DNA from: Bacillota bacterium
Lineage (GTDB): Bacteria; Bacillota; Proteinivoracia; UBA4975
NCBI GenBank assembly: GCA_012523545.1
Contig: JAAYIH010000036.1
Location: 37,978-101,977 of the forward strand
Length of the DNA: 64,000 bases
Direction: 5' to 3'
The notes beneath the pieces are model-generated. The model ran no database searches. It was given only the letters and a program-made list of their open reading frames with translations, and was not told the DNA's origin. Every line of letters begins with the position of its first letter. The stretch's first letter is position 1. Positions 34,904 to 44,609 of the stretch are shown piece after piece. The translations under genes and the position numbers were made by a program.

Positions 34904-35824
34904 ATGACGCTGGTCTTTATGGGAACTTCAGATTTTGCCTGCCATTGCCTTGCCGGCCTTAGGGACGGCGGGTTTATGCCCGACCTGGTGATAACCCGGC
35001 CCGACCGCTATGCCGGCCGCAACCGGCGCCTGTCCAGCCCCCCGGTAAAAAAATGGGCGCTGCAACACGGCGTCGAGGTATGGCAGCCGGAAAATATTAA
35101 CTCCGGCGCCAGCGTGGCCAGGCTGGAAGCCTTGAAGCCGGACCTCTTTGTAGTGGCTGCATACGGCAAGATTCTTTCCCCAAAAGTTTTGGCAGTGCCA
35201 AGGCTGGGTGCTGTCAATGTCCATGCTTCCCTGCTCCCCGATTTGCGGGGCGCCGCCCCCATTGAGTGGGCTATAATTTTGGGGTATACTGAAACCGGCA
35301 TCACCACCATGTTTATGGATGCCGGCCTCGACACCGGCGACATAATCCTCCAGCAGCCGGTGGCCATATATCCCGAAGATAACGGCGCCACGTTGCGGGA
35401 GCGCCTGGGCAAAGCTGCCCAAATCCTGTTGCCCGAAACAGTGCGCCTGGTTCTGGACGGCAAGGCGCCGCGCATTCCTCAACCTCCGGGAGAATATACT
35501 TATGCGCCGGCCCTGAGCGAAGGGCTGGAAAAAATTGACTGGCAAAAACCGGCCAGGGATATTGCCAACCTGGTTCGCGCTTTGGCCCCCAAACCGGGAT
35601 GTTACTGTATTTTTCGGCAAAAGAGGCTGAAAATATTGAGGGCTGCCCTTCATTCCGGCCAGGCTTCTCCCGGTCTGGCGATTATCGAAAACAAAAAACT
35701 GCTGGCAGGAACGGGCCGGGATCTGCTGCATCTGCTGGAAGTGCAGCCCGAAGGCAAGAGGCCTATGTCGGCTCAGGATTTTATCAACGGATACAGGCTG
35801 CAGGAGGGAGAAATATTTCAGTAA
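34904..35824 (+). CDS. fmt: Methionyl-tRNA formyltransferase
   Basis: VFMGTSDF, VITRPDR, VVAAYG, NVHASLLP, RGAAPI, MDAGLDTG, VQPEGKRPM. Confidence 0.96.
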   Translation: MTLVFMGTSDFACHCLAGLRDGGFMPDLVITRPDRYAGRNRRLSSPPVKKWALQHGVEVWQPENINSGASVARLEALKPDLFVVAAYGKILSPKVLAVPRLGAVNVHASLLPDLRGAAPIEWAIILGYTETGITTMFMDAGLDTGDIILQQPVAIYPEDNGATLRERLGKAAQILLPETVRLVLDGKAPRIPQPPGEYTYAPALSEGLEKIDWQKPARDIANLVRALAPKPGCYCIFRQKRLKILRAALHSGQASPGLAIIENKKLLAGTGRDLLHLLEVQPEGKRPMSAQDFINGYRLQEGEIFQ

Positions 35825-36528
35825 GTACCGCTGCACAGTTTTTTGTCCGGTTACGGTACCGGTTGTTGCGGCTGACGCTTGCCTCGGCAGTGCTGGCGGT
35901 GCTGGCGTTGCTTGCGGCCGGGTTGGTTTGGAATACGTCGCCATTGTTGGGCTTGTCCCTTTTGCTTGCGGCGTTGTTGGCGGCATATTTTCACCTGCCC
36001 ATGCTCCTGCTGCTCAGGGGTGTCGCCTTGTTCCCCCGCCCTTTTCCGCCCTGGACGCTGCGGTTTTGGCTGGCTGTTTTCGCGGCGTTAAATTTGCCCA
36101 AAGGGGCGCTGATCCGGCTTAACAACCTTGTGACCGGCAATATGACTGTCCGGCGGGAAGAGGCTCATATACTGGTTGCCCGATGTCTGCAAAGGTCGCA
36201 ATGCTCTCATCCGGTTACTGCCGACATCAGTCACTGCAGGGAGTGCGGGCGATGCAAGATCGGGGCCGTCAAGGCCATTGCCAGGACCCTGGGTGTTTCC
36301 GGCACCGTAGAGGGCGGAGGCACTTCGGCCCGGCAGCGCCTGCAGAGCAGAAAGCCTCGCCTGGTCGTGGCCGTCGCCTGCGAAAGGGAGTTGCTGGCGG
36401 GCATCATCGACGCGCGGCTTCCCGTGGTCGGCATCGCCATCACACCCGGTCCGCGGCCTTGTGCCGACAGCGATGTGTCCATCGCTGAATTGCGTCAAAC
36501 GCTAAAACGAATCATCGAGGAGGTATGA
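35815..36528 (+). CDS. DUF116-family membrane protein; start uncertain (ATT 35815 after a strong SD, or TTG 35863)
   Basis: Two N-terminal TMs; RCLQ..C, CRECGRC, GGTSAR, VAVACERELLAG, RPC. Confidence 0.75.
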   Translation: MSVSTAAQFFVRLRYRLLRLTLASAVLAVLALLAAGLVWNTSPLLGLSLLLAALLAAYFHLPMLLLLRGVALFPRPFPPWTLRFWLAVFAALNLPKGALIRLNNLVTGNMTVRREEAHILVARCLQRSQCSHPVTADISHCRECGRCKIGAVKAIARTLGVSGTVEGGGTSARQRLQSRKPRLVVAVACERELLAGIIDARLPVVGIAITPGPRPCADSDVSIAELRQTLKRIIEEV

Positions 36529-36530
36529 AA

Positions 36531-37229
36531 ATGCCCTTTTTCCTGGCCATGGATACTACTGTATTATTGGTGATTCCGGCCATGCTTTTTGCCCTGTATG
36601 CCCAGAGCAAAGTCAGAAGCACGTATGCCAGGTTTTCCCGGGTCCCGTCTTTCCGGGGGCTGAGGGGCGCCGATGTGGCGCGAACCTTGCTGGATCGCGC
36701 CGGGTTGCACGGGGTGCGTGTGGAAATGGCGCCTGGCCACCTCACCGATCACTACGATCCCCGGGAGCAGGTAGTGCGCTTGTCCCAGCCCGTTTACGCA
36801 GGCAGCTCGCTGGCTGCCCTGGGCATAGCCGCCCATGAAACGGGCCATGCCGTCCAGCATGCCTCCGGTTACTTTGCCCTCAATTTGCGCAACAGCTTTT
36901 TCCCGCTGGCGCAACTGGGCTCCAGCATGGCCATGCCCCTGTTCCTTTTGGGTTTTCTTTTTGCCGGGACCATGGGGGTCCTGATGGACATCGGCATTTT
37001 GCTTTTTCTCTTTGCCGTTTTGTTCCAGGTCATCACGTTGCCGGTGGAATATAATGCCAGCTCCCGGGCGGTGCAGCTGCTGGCAGAGAACGGCCTGATT
37101 GTCCGGGACGAGGAAGCCGGTGTGCGCAGCGTGCTCAGCGCCGCCGCATTGACCTACGTGGCAGCCACCGCCGTTGCTGTCAGCTCTCTCTTGCGTCTTC
37201 TGCTTTTGCGGGGGAGCAGGCGGCAATGA
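36531..37229 (+). CDS. Neutral zinc metallopeptidase (YugP/Zn_peptidase_2 family)
   Basis: LTDHYDP, AAHETGHAVQH, TLPVEYNASSRA, AAALTYVAA. Confidence 0.9.
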   Translation: MPFFLAMDTTVLLVIPAMLFALYAQSKVRSTYARFSRVPSFRGLRGADVARTLLDRAGLHGVRVEMAPGHLTDHYDPREQVVRLSQPVYAGSSLAALGIAAHETGHAVQHASGYFALNLRNSFFPLAQLGSSMAMPLFLLGFLFAGTMGVLMDIGILLFLFAVLFQVITLPVEYNASSRAVQLLAENGLIVRDEEAGVRSVLSAAALTYVAATAVAVSSLLRLLLLRGSRRQ

Positions 37230-38560
37230 AAAGTGATATTTCTGCCGCCAGGGAAGTGGCCCTGGCGGTTTTACTCAATGTAGAAAAGAATAAAGCATAT
37301 TCCGGCTTAAGCCTGGCTGCGGAGATCCCGCGCCATTCCCTGAAGGAGCAGGATGAGCGCCTGGTCCGGCGCCTGGTCTATGGAGTGGTTTCCCAGCGCC
37401 TGCGCCTGGATTATGTACTCAACCAGTTTTGCCGGCGGGAAGTAGGTACACTTTCGCCCAGCTTGCGCAACATACTGCGGCTGGGCTGTTACCAGTTGCT
37501 GGACATGGACCGAATTCCCCAATTTGCTGCCGTCAGTGAAGCCGTCGCCCAGGCGCGGCGGGTAGCCGGGCAGCGCATGGCGGGATTTGTCAACGGTGTG
37601 TTGCGCAACATAATCCGCAACCGGGACCACTTGTTTCAAGACCTCAAACCCGGAACAGTTGAAGCCGTTTCCATTGCCCAATCCCATCCCCGCTGGCTGG
37701 TGGAAGAATGGACTGGGCAGTGGGGCCTAGATTTTACCGCCGCGTTGTGCGCAGCAAATAACGAGCTCAAACCGCTGGCCATCCGGGTAAATACCTGCAA
37801 AATCGGGGTGGATGAGTACCTTGCCGCTGCCGCCGCACAAGGCCTCACCGGCGCACGCAGCCGCTTTGCTCCCCAGGGCGTGGTTTTTCCTGCGGACACT
37901 CCTTTTGCCCGCCTGCCCGGGTACGCCGAAGGATGGTTTATTGTTCAGGGCGAAGCCTCCATGCTGCCCGCCCTTTGTCTGGGAGTGGAGCCGGGCCAGG
38001 CTGTCCTGGACATGTGCAGCGCCCCCGGGGGCAAGGCGACGCAGCTGGCGGCCATGAATCCCCGGGGATATGTAACTGCCTGTGATATATCTGCTGCTCG
38101 TCTGAATTTGGTCCGCCAAAACGCTGCCCGGCTGGGCCTGAACAACCTGGAATATGTCGAGGCCGATGCCGCCCGGCTGGACCGGGTGCTTGCCCGGCGT
38201 TTTTCCAGAATCCTGGTGGATGCTCCCTGTTCGGGGCTGGGGGTCATTGCCCAAAAGCCGGAAATTAAGTGGCTGCGAAAGCCCGCGGACATTGGCAGAC
38301 TGGCGGAGCTGCAACTGCAGATTCTCCACGCCGGGTGTAATTTGCTGGAACCCCGGGGTATTCTGGTATACTCTACATGTACGTTGCTAGAGGACGAGAA
38401 TCAGCAAGTGATTCGCACCCTGTTGGCGCAACGCAGGGATGTGGTTGTTGTCGATCCCGGCATGCCTGAACTGACCAATGAAGAAGGATTTATCCAGACT
38501 TTCCCCCACATCCACGGTCTCGACGGTTTTTTCATTGCCAAACTGATGAAGGTGGAATAA
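37226..38560 (+). CDS. rsmB: 16S rRNA m5C967 methyltransferase (Sun) with NusB-like domain
   Basis: LRLGCYQL, VNGVLR, SHPRWL, LDMCSAPGGKA, LVDAPCSGLG, VYSTCT, DGFFIA. Confidence 0.95.
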   Translation: MKSDISAAREVALAVLLNVEKNKAYSGLSLAAEIPRHSLKEQDERLVRRLVYGVVSQRLRLDYVLNQFCRREVGTLSPSLRNILRLGCYQLLDMDRIPQFAAVSEAVAQARRVAGQRMAGFVNGVLRNIIRNRDHLFQDLKPGTVEAVSIAQSHPRWLVEEWTGQWGLDFTAALCAANNELKPLAIRVNTCKIGVDEYLAAAAAQGLTGARSRFAPQGVVFPADTPFARLPGYAEGWFIVQGEASMLPALCLGVEPGQAVLDMCSAPGGKATQLAAMNPRGYVTACDISAARLNLVRQNAARLGLNNLEYVEADAARLDRVLARRFSRILVDAPCSGLGVIAQKPEIKWLRKPADIGRLAELQLQILHAGCNLLEPRGILVYSTCTLLEDENQQVIRTLLAQRRDVVVVDPGMPELTNEEGFIQTFPHIHGLDGFFIAKLMKVE

Positions 38561-38562
38561 CC

Positions 38563-39585
38563 ATGTTTGCATTGGATACAGATGACTTTGCGCATATTGT
38601 CCGGGAATATGACCTGGCGCCTTTTCGTCTCAAACAGATCCGGGAATGGATATTTGGCAAATACGCCGATGATTTCAGGCAAATGACCAATTTGCCCGGC
38701 GCGCTGAGAACAGAGCTGGCGGCCAGGTACCAGGTGACTGAATCCAGGATTGCCGCCCACCGTAAAACGAGAGACGGGACGGTCAAGCTGCTTGTCCGCT
38801 ATCCCGACGGTGCCGCGGTGGAAGCTGTGCTCATGGAATACCGAAACTGGACCAGCGCTTGTTTGTCAACGCAAGTGGGGTGTGCCATGGGGTGCACGTT
38901 TTGCGCCACCGGTCCCCTGGGGTTTGTCCGCAATTTGTCCTGGCCGGAGCTGGCGGAAGAGTTGTGGCATTGCCATTGGTTTGCGGCCAGGCACGGCCTC
39001 AAACCCCTGCGTAACATGGTGCTGATGGGGATAGGGGAACCTCTGGCCAATTTGGACAACGTCGTCAAACTGGTGGAGACTGCTTCGTCTCCGGAATTCT
39101 TTAACATGGGCCAGCGGCGGATAGCCATATCCACCGTTGGACTGATTCCTGAAATTTATAAACTTGCCCGTTGCAAACTGGCCATAACCCTGGCGGTTTC
39201 ACTGCACGCTCCCAACGATGCACTGCGCAACAAGCTGATGCCAGTTACTGCCAGGTACCCGTTGCAGGATTTATTGGATGCATGTAGAAACTATACAGTT
39301 ATGACCGGCCGCCGCATCACCTTTGAATACTTGCTCATAGACGGCGTCAACGATTCTTCGGAACACGCCCGGGAATTGGCCGATTTGCTCAAGGGCTTCA
39401 ATTGCCTGGTCAATTTAATTCAGCTCAACAGAGTACCCGGCACCGCATGGCGCCCCAGCACCCGAACCGACGTTTTTAAAAAGGAACTGGAGCAACGGGG
39501 TATAAATGTCACTGTGCGCCGCAGTCTTGGCGCAGAGATAGATGCCGCCTGCGGTCAATTGCGCCGCGGCACTTTGCAAGCGTAG
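38563..39585 (+). CDS. rlmN: Dual-specificity radical-SAM RNA methyltransferase
   Basis: STQVGCAMGCTFC, MGIGEP, ISTVG, SLHAPND, FEYLLI, IDAACGQL. Confidence 0.95.
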   Translation: MFALDTDDFAHIVREYDLAPFRLKQIREWIFGKYADDFRQMTNLPGALRTELAARYQVTESRIAAHRKTRDGTVKLLVRYPDGAAVEAVLMEYRNWTSACLSTQVGCAMGCTFCATGPLGFVRNLSWPELAEELWHCHWFAARHGLKPLRNMVLMGIGEPLANLDNVVKLVETASSPEFFNMGQRRIAISTVGLIPEIYKLARCKLAITLAVSLHAPNDALRNKLMPVTARYPLQDLLDACRNYTVMTGRRITFEYLLIDGVNDSSEHARELADLLKGFNCLVNLIQLNRVPGTAWRPSTRTDVFKKELEQRGINVTVRRSLGAEIDAACGQLRRGTLQA

Positions 39586-39597
39586 GGAGGAGTTAAA

Positions 39598-40299
39598 ATG
39601 AAGGCGTACGGCGTTTCCCGCCGGGGGTTGCTGCGGACCAACAATGAAGACTGTTTTTATGCCGACGAGAGCCGCGGCATTTTCATAGTTGCCGACGGCA
39701 TGGGCGGCCATGCCGGCGGGGAGGTCGCCAGCCGCCTGGCTGTGGAAACGGTGAAGGAGGGACTGGCCGATTTTCACCGCGACCCCGAGCGGGCGGTGGA
39801 AACGGCAATCATGTCTGCCAACGCAGCCGTCTTGACCAAGGCCGCAGCAGTTCCTGCCCTGGCGGGGATGGGTACCACCCTGACCATGGCTGTAGTGCTG
39901 CCTGGTTTTCTGGTCACCGGTCATATCGGCGACAGCCAGGCCTACCTCATAGGCTCCGAAGGAAGATGTCTTACCAGCGACCATTCGGTGAGCGGGATGT
40001 TGCTGGCCGCCGGTAAAATTACGGCTGCAGAAGCCCGCTTGCATCCGCAGCGCCACATCTTGACCAGGGCTTTGGGTATAGATGAGCATGCCGAAGTCGA
40101 AGTCTTGCGTCATTCCTGGAGCCCGGGGCAGCGGCTTTTGCTATGTACCGACGGGCTTACCGAGGTGGTGACGGCAAGGGAAATTTTCTCGGTGGTTCGG
40201 GAAGCCGGCGCCATAAAAAATGCCGTCGACGCTTTGGTTGACATGGTATACCAGCGAGGAGCGCCGGACAATGTTACCGTTATTTTGGCTGAGTTATAA
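39598..40299 (+). CDS. prpC: PP2C Ser/Thr phosphatase (Stp/PrpC)
   Basis: NNED, VADGMGGHAGGEVAS, GMGTT, HIGDS, LLCTDGL, PDNVT. Confidence 0.95.
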   Translation: MKAYGVSRRGLLRTNNEDCFYADESRGIFIVADGMGGHAGGEVASRLAVETVKEGLADFHRDPERAVETAIMSANAAVLTKAAAVPALAGMGTTLTMAVVLPGFLVTGHIGDSQAYLIGSEGRCLTSDHSVSGMLLAAGKITAAEARLHPQRHILTRALGIDEHAEVEVLRHSWSPGQRLLLCTDGLTEVVTAREIFSVVREAGAIKNAVDALVDMVYQRGAPDNVTVILAEL

Positions 40300-40316
40300 T
40301 CGAAAGGGGTGACAGA

Positions 40317-42167
40317 GTGATCGGCAACAAACTGGTAGACAGATACGAAATACTGGAACGCATTGGTGGCGGCGGCATGGCCGTCGTTTACAAAGCCCGT
40401 TGCACCTTGCTCAATCGCATCGTAGCCATCAAGGTGCTCAGGCAACAATTTGCCGTGGACGAAGACTTTGTCCGGCGGTTTCGCAGAGAAGCTCAGGCCG
40501 CAGCCAGTTTGTCCCACCCCAATATTGTCAGCATCTTTGATGTTGGCCAGGACAACGACACCTATTTCATTGTGATGGAATACGTCGAGGGCGAAACTCT
40601 CAAAGATTTAATTCAGCGGGAGGCTCCGCTGGAGCCGGCCCGGGCTGTGGGCATAGCGCGGCAAATTGCCAACGCCCTGCATCACGCTCATATCAACAAG
40701 ATAATTCACCGGGACATCAAACCCCACAATGTCCTTATCTCCAAGGACGGGCGCATCAAGGTCACCGATTTCGGCATAGCCAGGGCTGTTACCGCCACTA
40801 CCCAGACTTTTTCGCCCCACTCCATCATGGGCTCGGTGCACTACTTTTCGCCGGAACAGGCCAAAGGCAAATTGGCCAGCGAACAGTCGGACATCTATTC
40901 TCTGGGCATCGTCCTGTACGAAATGCTGACCAGGCAGCTGCCCTTTGACGGGGACAGTCCCATCAGTATTGCCCTTAAGCACCTGCAACAGGACATTCCG
41001 CCGGCCAGGAATTACAACCTTAATGTAACCGACAAACTGCAGGACATTCTGGACAGGATGCTGGAAAAGGATCCCGCTTTGCGCTATCAGAATGTCGCCG
41101 AGCTCCAGGCCGATTTGCGGGCATGGAACAGCCAGGATGACAAGGACATGGTCTCTGCGCAATCAGATGAGGATCTGGAAGCGGATATTGCGGAGCATAC
41201 CCGGGTCTTTGCGCCCGTGCCGCAGCAACGCGATAAGAAAAAAGAGTTGCGCGCCAGACTGATCAAATGGGGAGCCATTTGCGGCGCACTTTTCCTGGCG
41301 GTTTATATAAGCATACTCGGGGTGCGTGCTTTAAGCGACATGTTGCGGGTGGAAGAAGTCTATGTGCCCGACGTCACCGGAATGTCTCTGGAGGAGGCCG
41401 CAGCCAGGCTGGAGGAAGCAGGGCTCAGGAATTACCATGTGGCTGCCGAGGTATTCCACGATACAATTCCCGAAAACCACGTGGTAAACCAAAAACCGGC
41501 AGCCCATCAAAAGGTCAAGGAAAACCGGCTCATCGAGCTGACCGTCAGCAAAGGGCCCGACATGGTTGCCGTCCCTTCTTTGGAAGGAAAGGATTTCCGG
41601 GAAGCGGAAAGTGAGCTCATCGCGTTGGGTTTGGAAGCGGAGATTGAGTTTGAATTCAGCGAACGCTATGAATACGGCATTGTGATGCGCCAGGACCCTG
41701 CCACGGGCAAATTGCCCCGTTCCGGCAAAGTGCGTTTGACGGTCAGCAATGGCACACGCCCGATTATTATGGAGGACCTGGTGGGCAAGACCCTGGATGA
41801 GGCTTTAACTATCATTCACCAGTTGATGCTAAGTGAAAGGGTGGTGCGCTGGGAGTCACCCCAGGGTTCTTCGCCGGGAGGTATTGTCACCCGCCATGTT
41901 CCCGAGGCCGGGGAGGAGGTGCGGCCGGGGGACCAGGTCGACCTGTGGGTGCGGCCCTTTAACAGGATCAGCCTCAATGTAGAGCTCAAGGAACTTAAAC
42001 CTGACAGCCAAGTCAGAATCGAAGTCTGGGATATAGCGGCGGACGCCAGGGTGGTTTTTAACGACCGTGTCGGAGATGAAGAGTTCTCCATGACTGTCAG
42101 CGGTTGGGAAAAGGGCAAAATAGTGGTCTATGTCAATGGCGCCAAAATAAAGGAGATTCCCTTCTGA
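40317..42167 (+). CDS. prkC: PASTA-domain Ser/Thr kinase PrkC/PknB
   Basis: IGGGGMAVVY, VAIK, HRDIKPHN, DFGIA, GSVHYFSPEQ, TM, three PASTA repeats. Confidence 0.96.
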   Translation: MIGNKLVDRYEILERIGGGGMAVVYKARCTLLNRIVAIKVLRQQFAVDEDFVRRFRREAQAAASLSHPNIVSIFDVGQDNDTYFIVMEYVEGETLKDLIQREAPLEPARAVGIARQIANALHHAHINKIIHRDIKPHNVLISKDGRIKVTDFGIARAVTATTQTFSPHSIMGSVHYFSPEQAKGKLASEQSDIYSLGIVLYEMLTRQLPFDGDSPISIALKHLQQDIPPARNYNLNVTDKLQDILDRMLEKDPALRYQNVAELQADLRAWNSQDDKDMVSAQSDEDLEADIAEHTRVFAPVPQQRDKKKELRARLIKWGAICGALFLAVYISILGVRALSDMLRVEEVYVPDVTGMSLEEAAARLEEAGLRNYHVAAEVFHDTIPENHVVNQKPAAHQKVKENRLIELTVSKGPDMVAVPSLEGKDFREAESELIALGLEAEIEFEFSERYEYGIVMRQDPATGKLPRSGKVRLTVSNGTRPIIMEDLVGKTLDEALTIIHQLMLSERVVRWESPQGSSPGGIVTRHVPEAGEEVRPGDQVDLWVRPFNRISLNVELKELKPDSQVRIEVWDIAADARVVFNDRVGDEEFSMTVSGWEKGKIVVYVNGAKIKEIPF

Positions 42168-42180
42168 TGCAGGTGATGGG

Positions 42181-43071
42181 ATGAAGGAAGCCACGGGAAT
42201 TGTTGTCAGCGTTGTGGCTGGATACTATTTTGTAGAGCACGGCGACAAGGTTTACCTGTGCCGGGGCAGGGGCCGGCTGCGCCGGGCCGGCGCCAGCCCG
42301 CTGGCCGGGGACATTGTCCGCTTTAATTTTGACAAAGGAGCGGAAACCGGCGTAATCGAGGCCGTTGAACCGCGGCGCAATCAGTTGCAACGGCCGGCGG
42401 TGGCCAACGTCGATGCTGTCGTCGTCGTCCTTGCCCCCCGAAGTCCCCAGCCGGATTTGTACACCGCCGATAAATTGTTGGCCCATCTGTCTTTCCAGGG
42501 TATCCCCGCTGTTGTCTGCGTTAATAAAAGTGACCTGGACCCCGGCGGGGCAGCGAGGTATGCCGAATTGTACCGGAAGGCCGGATACCCTGCTTTGTCC
42601 TGTTCGGCCGAAACGGGGCAAGGTCTGGAACAGCTCAGCGCCTTGCTGGGCGCCCGGACGGTGGTGCTGGCCGGGCAGTCGGGAGTCGGCAAAAGCAAAA
42701 TTACCTCCGCCCTGGCAGTGGGAGAATTGGCTGTTCCCTTGCAAGTCGGCCAGCTCAGTGCCAAAATTGAACGGGGCAGGCAGACTACCCGCCAGGTTTC
42801 TCTGTTGCCCCTTGCTGGCGGCGGCAAAATTGCCGATACGCCCGGTTTCAGCGTATTTGAGCTGGATATGGACAGCCGCGAACTGCACAGGATGTACCCG
42901 GAATTTTTGCGCCATGCTGCCGGCTGCAAGTTTTCCTCTTGCCTGCACATTCATGAACCGGATTGCGCCGTCAAAGAGTATGTGCGCCTGGGAGAAATAG
43001 CTCCCGGCCGGTATAACAATTACCTGCGTATTTATCAGGAATTAAGAGAAAGGGAGGCCCAGCGTTATTAA
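42181..43071 (+). CDS. rsgA: Ribosome small subunit-dependent GTPase RsgA/CpgA
   Basis: RPAVANVD, NKSDL, GQSGVGKS, RQTTR, DTPG, CKFSSCLHIHEPDC. Confidence 0.95.
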   Translation: MKEATGIVVSVVAGYYFVEHGDKVYLCRGRGRLRRAGASPLAGDIVRFNFDKGAETGVIEAVEPRRNQLQRPAVANVDAVVVVLAPRSPQPDLYTADKLLAHLSFQGIPAVVCVNKSDLDPGGAARYAELYRKAGYPALSCSAETGQGLEQLSALLGARTVVLAGQSGVGKSKITSALAVGELAVPLQVGQLSAKIERGRQTTRQVSLLPLAGGGKIADTPGFSVFELDMDSRELHRMYPEFLRHAAGCKFSSCLHIHEPDCAVKEYVRLGEIAPGRYNNYLRIYQELREREAQRY

Positions 43072-43723
43072 ACCACTAGTTTCTGCTTCTGTCCTTGCTG
43101 CCGACCCCCTGCATTTGGGTCGGGATGTGGACTTTATATTGTCTTGTGGGGCTGATTGGCTGCACATTGACGTCATGGACGGCTGTTATGTGCCCAACAT
43201 TACCTTCGGTCCCGACCTGGTCAGGGCCTTGCGCCAAAGGACTGAGGCGCCGTTGGACGTTCATCTCATGATCTGCGAACCTGACCGCTACATACAGACT
43301 TTTGCTCAGGCCGGTGCTGATTATCTTACCGTCCATCCCGAAACGTGCCCTCACCTCCACCGCACTTTGGCCGGCATCCGGCAAGCCGGTTGCAAGGCGG
43401 GAGTGGCCCTCAACCCGGCAACTTCACCCCATGTGCTGGAGTACGTCTGGGATCAGGTGGATTTGGTGCTTCTGATGTCGGTAAATCCGGGTTTTGGCGG
43501 CCAACAGTTTATCGACAGCACCTTGACAAAGTTGAAAGTACTGGCCGAGCGCACAAACCGTTTGCCCGGCCAAGTGTTGCTGGCCATAGATGGAGGGGTC
43601 AATGCAGAGAACAGCCCCGCCCTCGTTGAGGCCGGCATCGACGTGTTGGTGGCCGGCAGCGCAATTTTCCGGAGCCAGGATCCGGCGGCAGTTATCCGTA
43701 CAATGAAGGGGACCGCACTTTAA
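43067..43723 (+). CDS. rpe: Ribulose-phosphate 3-epimerase; apparent non-canonical start (ATT 43067 or GTT 43064)
   Basis: In-frame IKPLVSASVLAAD lies upstream of the first TTG; HIDVMDG..VPNITFG, DVHLMI, MSVNPGFGGQ, IDGGV, VAGSAIF. Confidence 0.92.
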   Translation: MKPLVSASVLAADPLHLGRDVDFILSCGADWLHIDVMDGCYVPNITFGPDLVRALRQRTEAPLDVHLMICEPDRYIQTFAQAGADYLTVHPETCPHLHRTLAGIRQAGCKAGVALNPATSPHVLEYVWDQVDLVLLMSVNPGFGGQQFIDSTLTKLKVLAERTNRLPGQVLLAIDGGVNAENSPALVEAGIDVLVAGSAIFRSQDPAAVIRTMKGTAL

Positions 43724-43752
43724 GTGCGGTCCTTATTCCAAGGGGGATGGCA

Positions 43753-44409
43753 ATGGTTACCCTGGTACTGAACAGTCCCAGCATCGACCGGGCCATGCTG
43801 CGCAAGCTGGCCGCGCGGTCTGTGCTCATAGGAGTTGACGGCGGCCTAAATGCCATTAGGGAAGCGGGCCTCGTTCCCCACTGGGCTGTGGGCGATTTTG
43901 ACTCGGTCCGGCCCGAGTTGCTGGCGCAATTGCCCGGGCGGACCCGCCTGGTGCGGTGCCCGGTGGAAAAGGACTTCACCGACCTGGAGCTGGCGCTGAA
44001 GCTGGCCCTGGCCTGCCGGCCAAAGGAGATATACGTGCTTGGCCTGGGCGGGGGCGTGCGCTTTGACCACCAGGTGGTCAACACCCTAATGCTCGCTGCT
44101 GTCGCTGCAGCGGGATGCAAAATAACTGCCTGGCATGGGGCGCAAAAGCTGGTATTTACCGATTCTGCCGTTTTGCTCCGGGCAAAGCATGGGCGGATGT
44201 TTTCTGTATTTTCCCTGGAGGGAGCAGTTTGCGTAAACATATACGGCGCCAAATATTCCGGCGCCGACATAGTGCTCCGGCCGGGCAGCGGTTACGGCCT
44301 GGGCAACGAAATCAAGGGTTCCCGGGCTGCTGTGGCTGTCAAACGCGGCGTGGCAGTGATTTGCCAATGGGGAACACATTCCGGGCTTTTGCATAGTATG
44401 GAAGCGTAA
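43753..44409 (+). CDS. thiN: Thiamine pyrophosphokinase
   Basis: IGVDGG, VGDFDS, EKDFTDLELAL, RFDH, GLGNE. Confidence 0.92.
   Translation: MVTLVLNSPSIDRAMLRKLAARSVLIGVDGGLNAIREAGLVPHWAVGDFDSVRPELLAQLPGRTRLVRCPVEKDFTDLELALKLALACRPKEIYVLGLGGGVRFDHQVVNTLMLAAVAAAGCKITAWHGAQKLVFTDSAVLLRAKHGRMFSVFSLEGAVCVNIYGAKYSGADIVLRPGSGYGLGNEIKGSRAAVAVKRGVAVICQWGTHSGLLHSMEA
44392..44399 (+). promoter_or_regulatory. Mother-cell sigma (E/K)-like -10 for the small gene-spoVM pair
   Basis: CATAGTAT fits CATAnnnT; the -35 is weak. Confidence 0.35.
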
Positions 44410-44421
44410 GGGGTGATGGCA

Positions 44422-44595
44422 ATGTTGCGCGCCGGGCTGAAGGGGGGAAGGAGGAGCCTGCCCAGGAAGGTTGCCGGCATTGTCCTGGCGGTGGCGGGCA
44501 TTGCTTTAATTGTCAACAATTTGCCGCCGTTTCTGTGGTGGGTATGCCTGGGAACCGCCCTGGTTTTCGCCGGCTGGAGACTATTTACGGTGTGA
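44422..44595 (+). CDS. Small two-TM membrane protein directly upstream of spoVM
   Basis: About 57 aa, basic N-terminus and a helical hairpin (RKVAGIVLAVAGIALIVNNLPPFLWWVCLGTALVFAGW); RBS AAGGGGTG. Confidence 0.65.
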   Translation: MLRAGLKGGRRSLPRKVAGIVLAVAGIALIVNNLPPFLWWVCLGTALVFAGWRLFTV

Positions 44596-44609
44596 GGAGG
44601 TAATGACCT

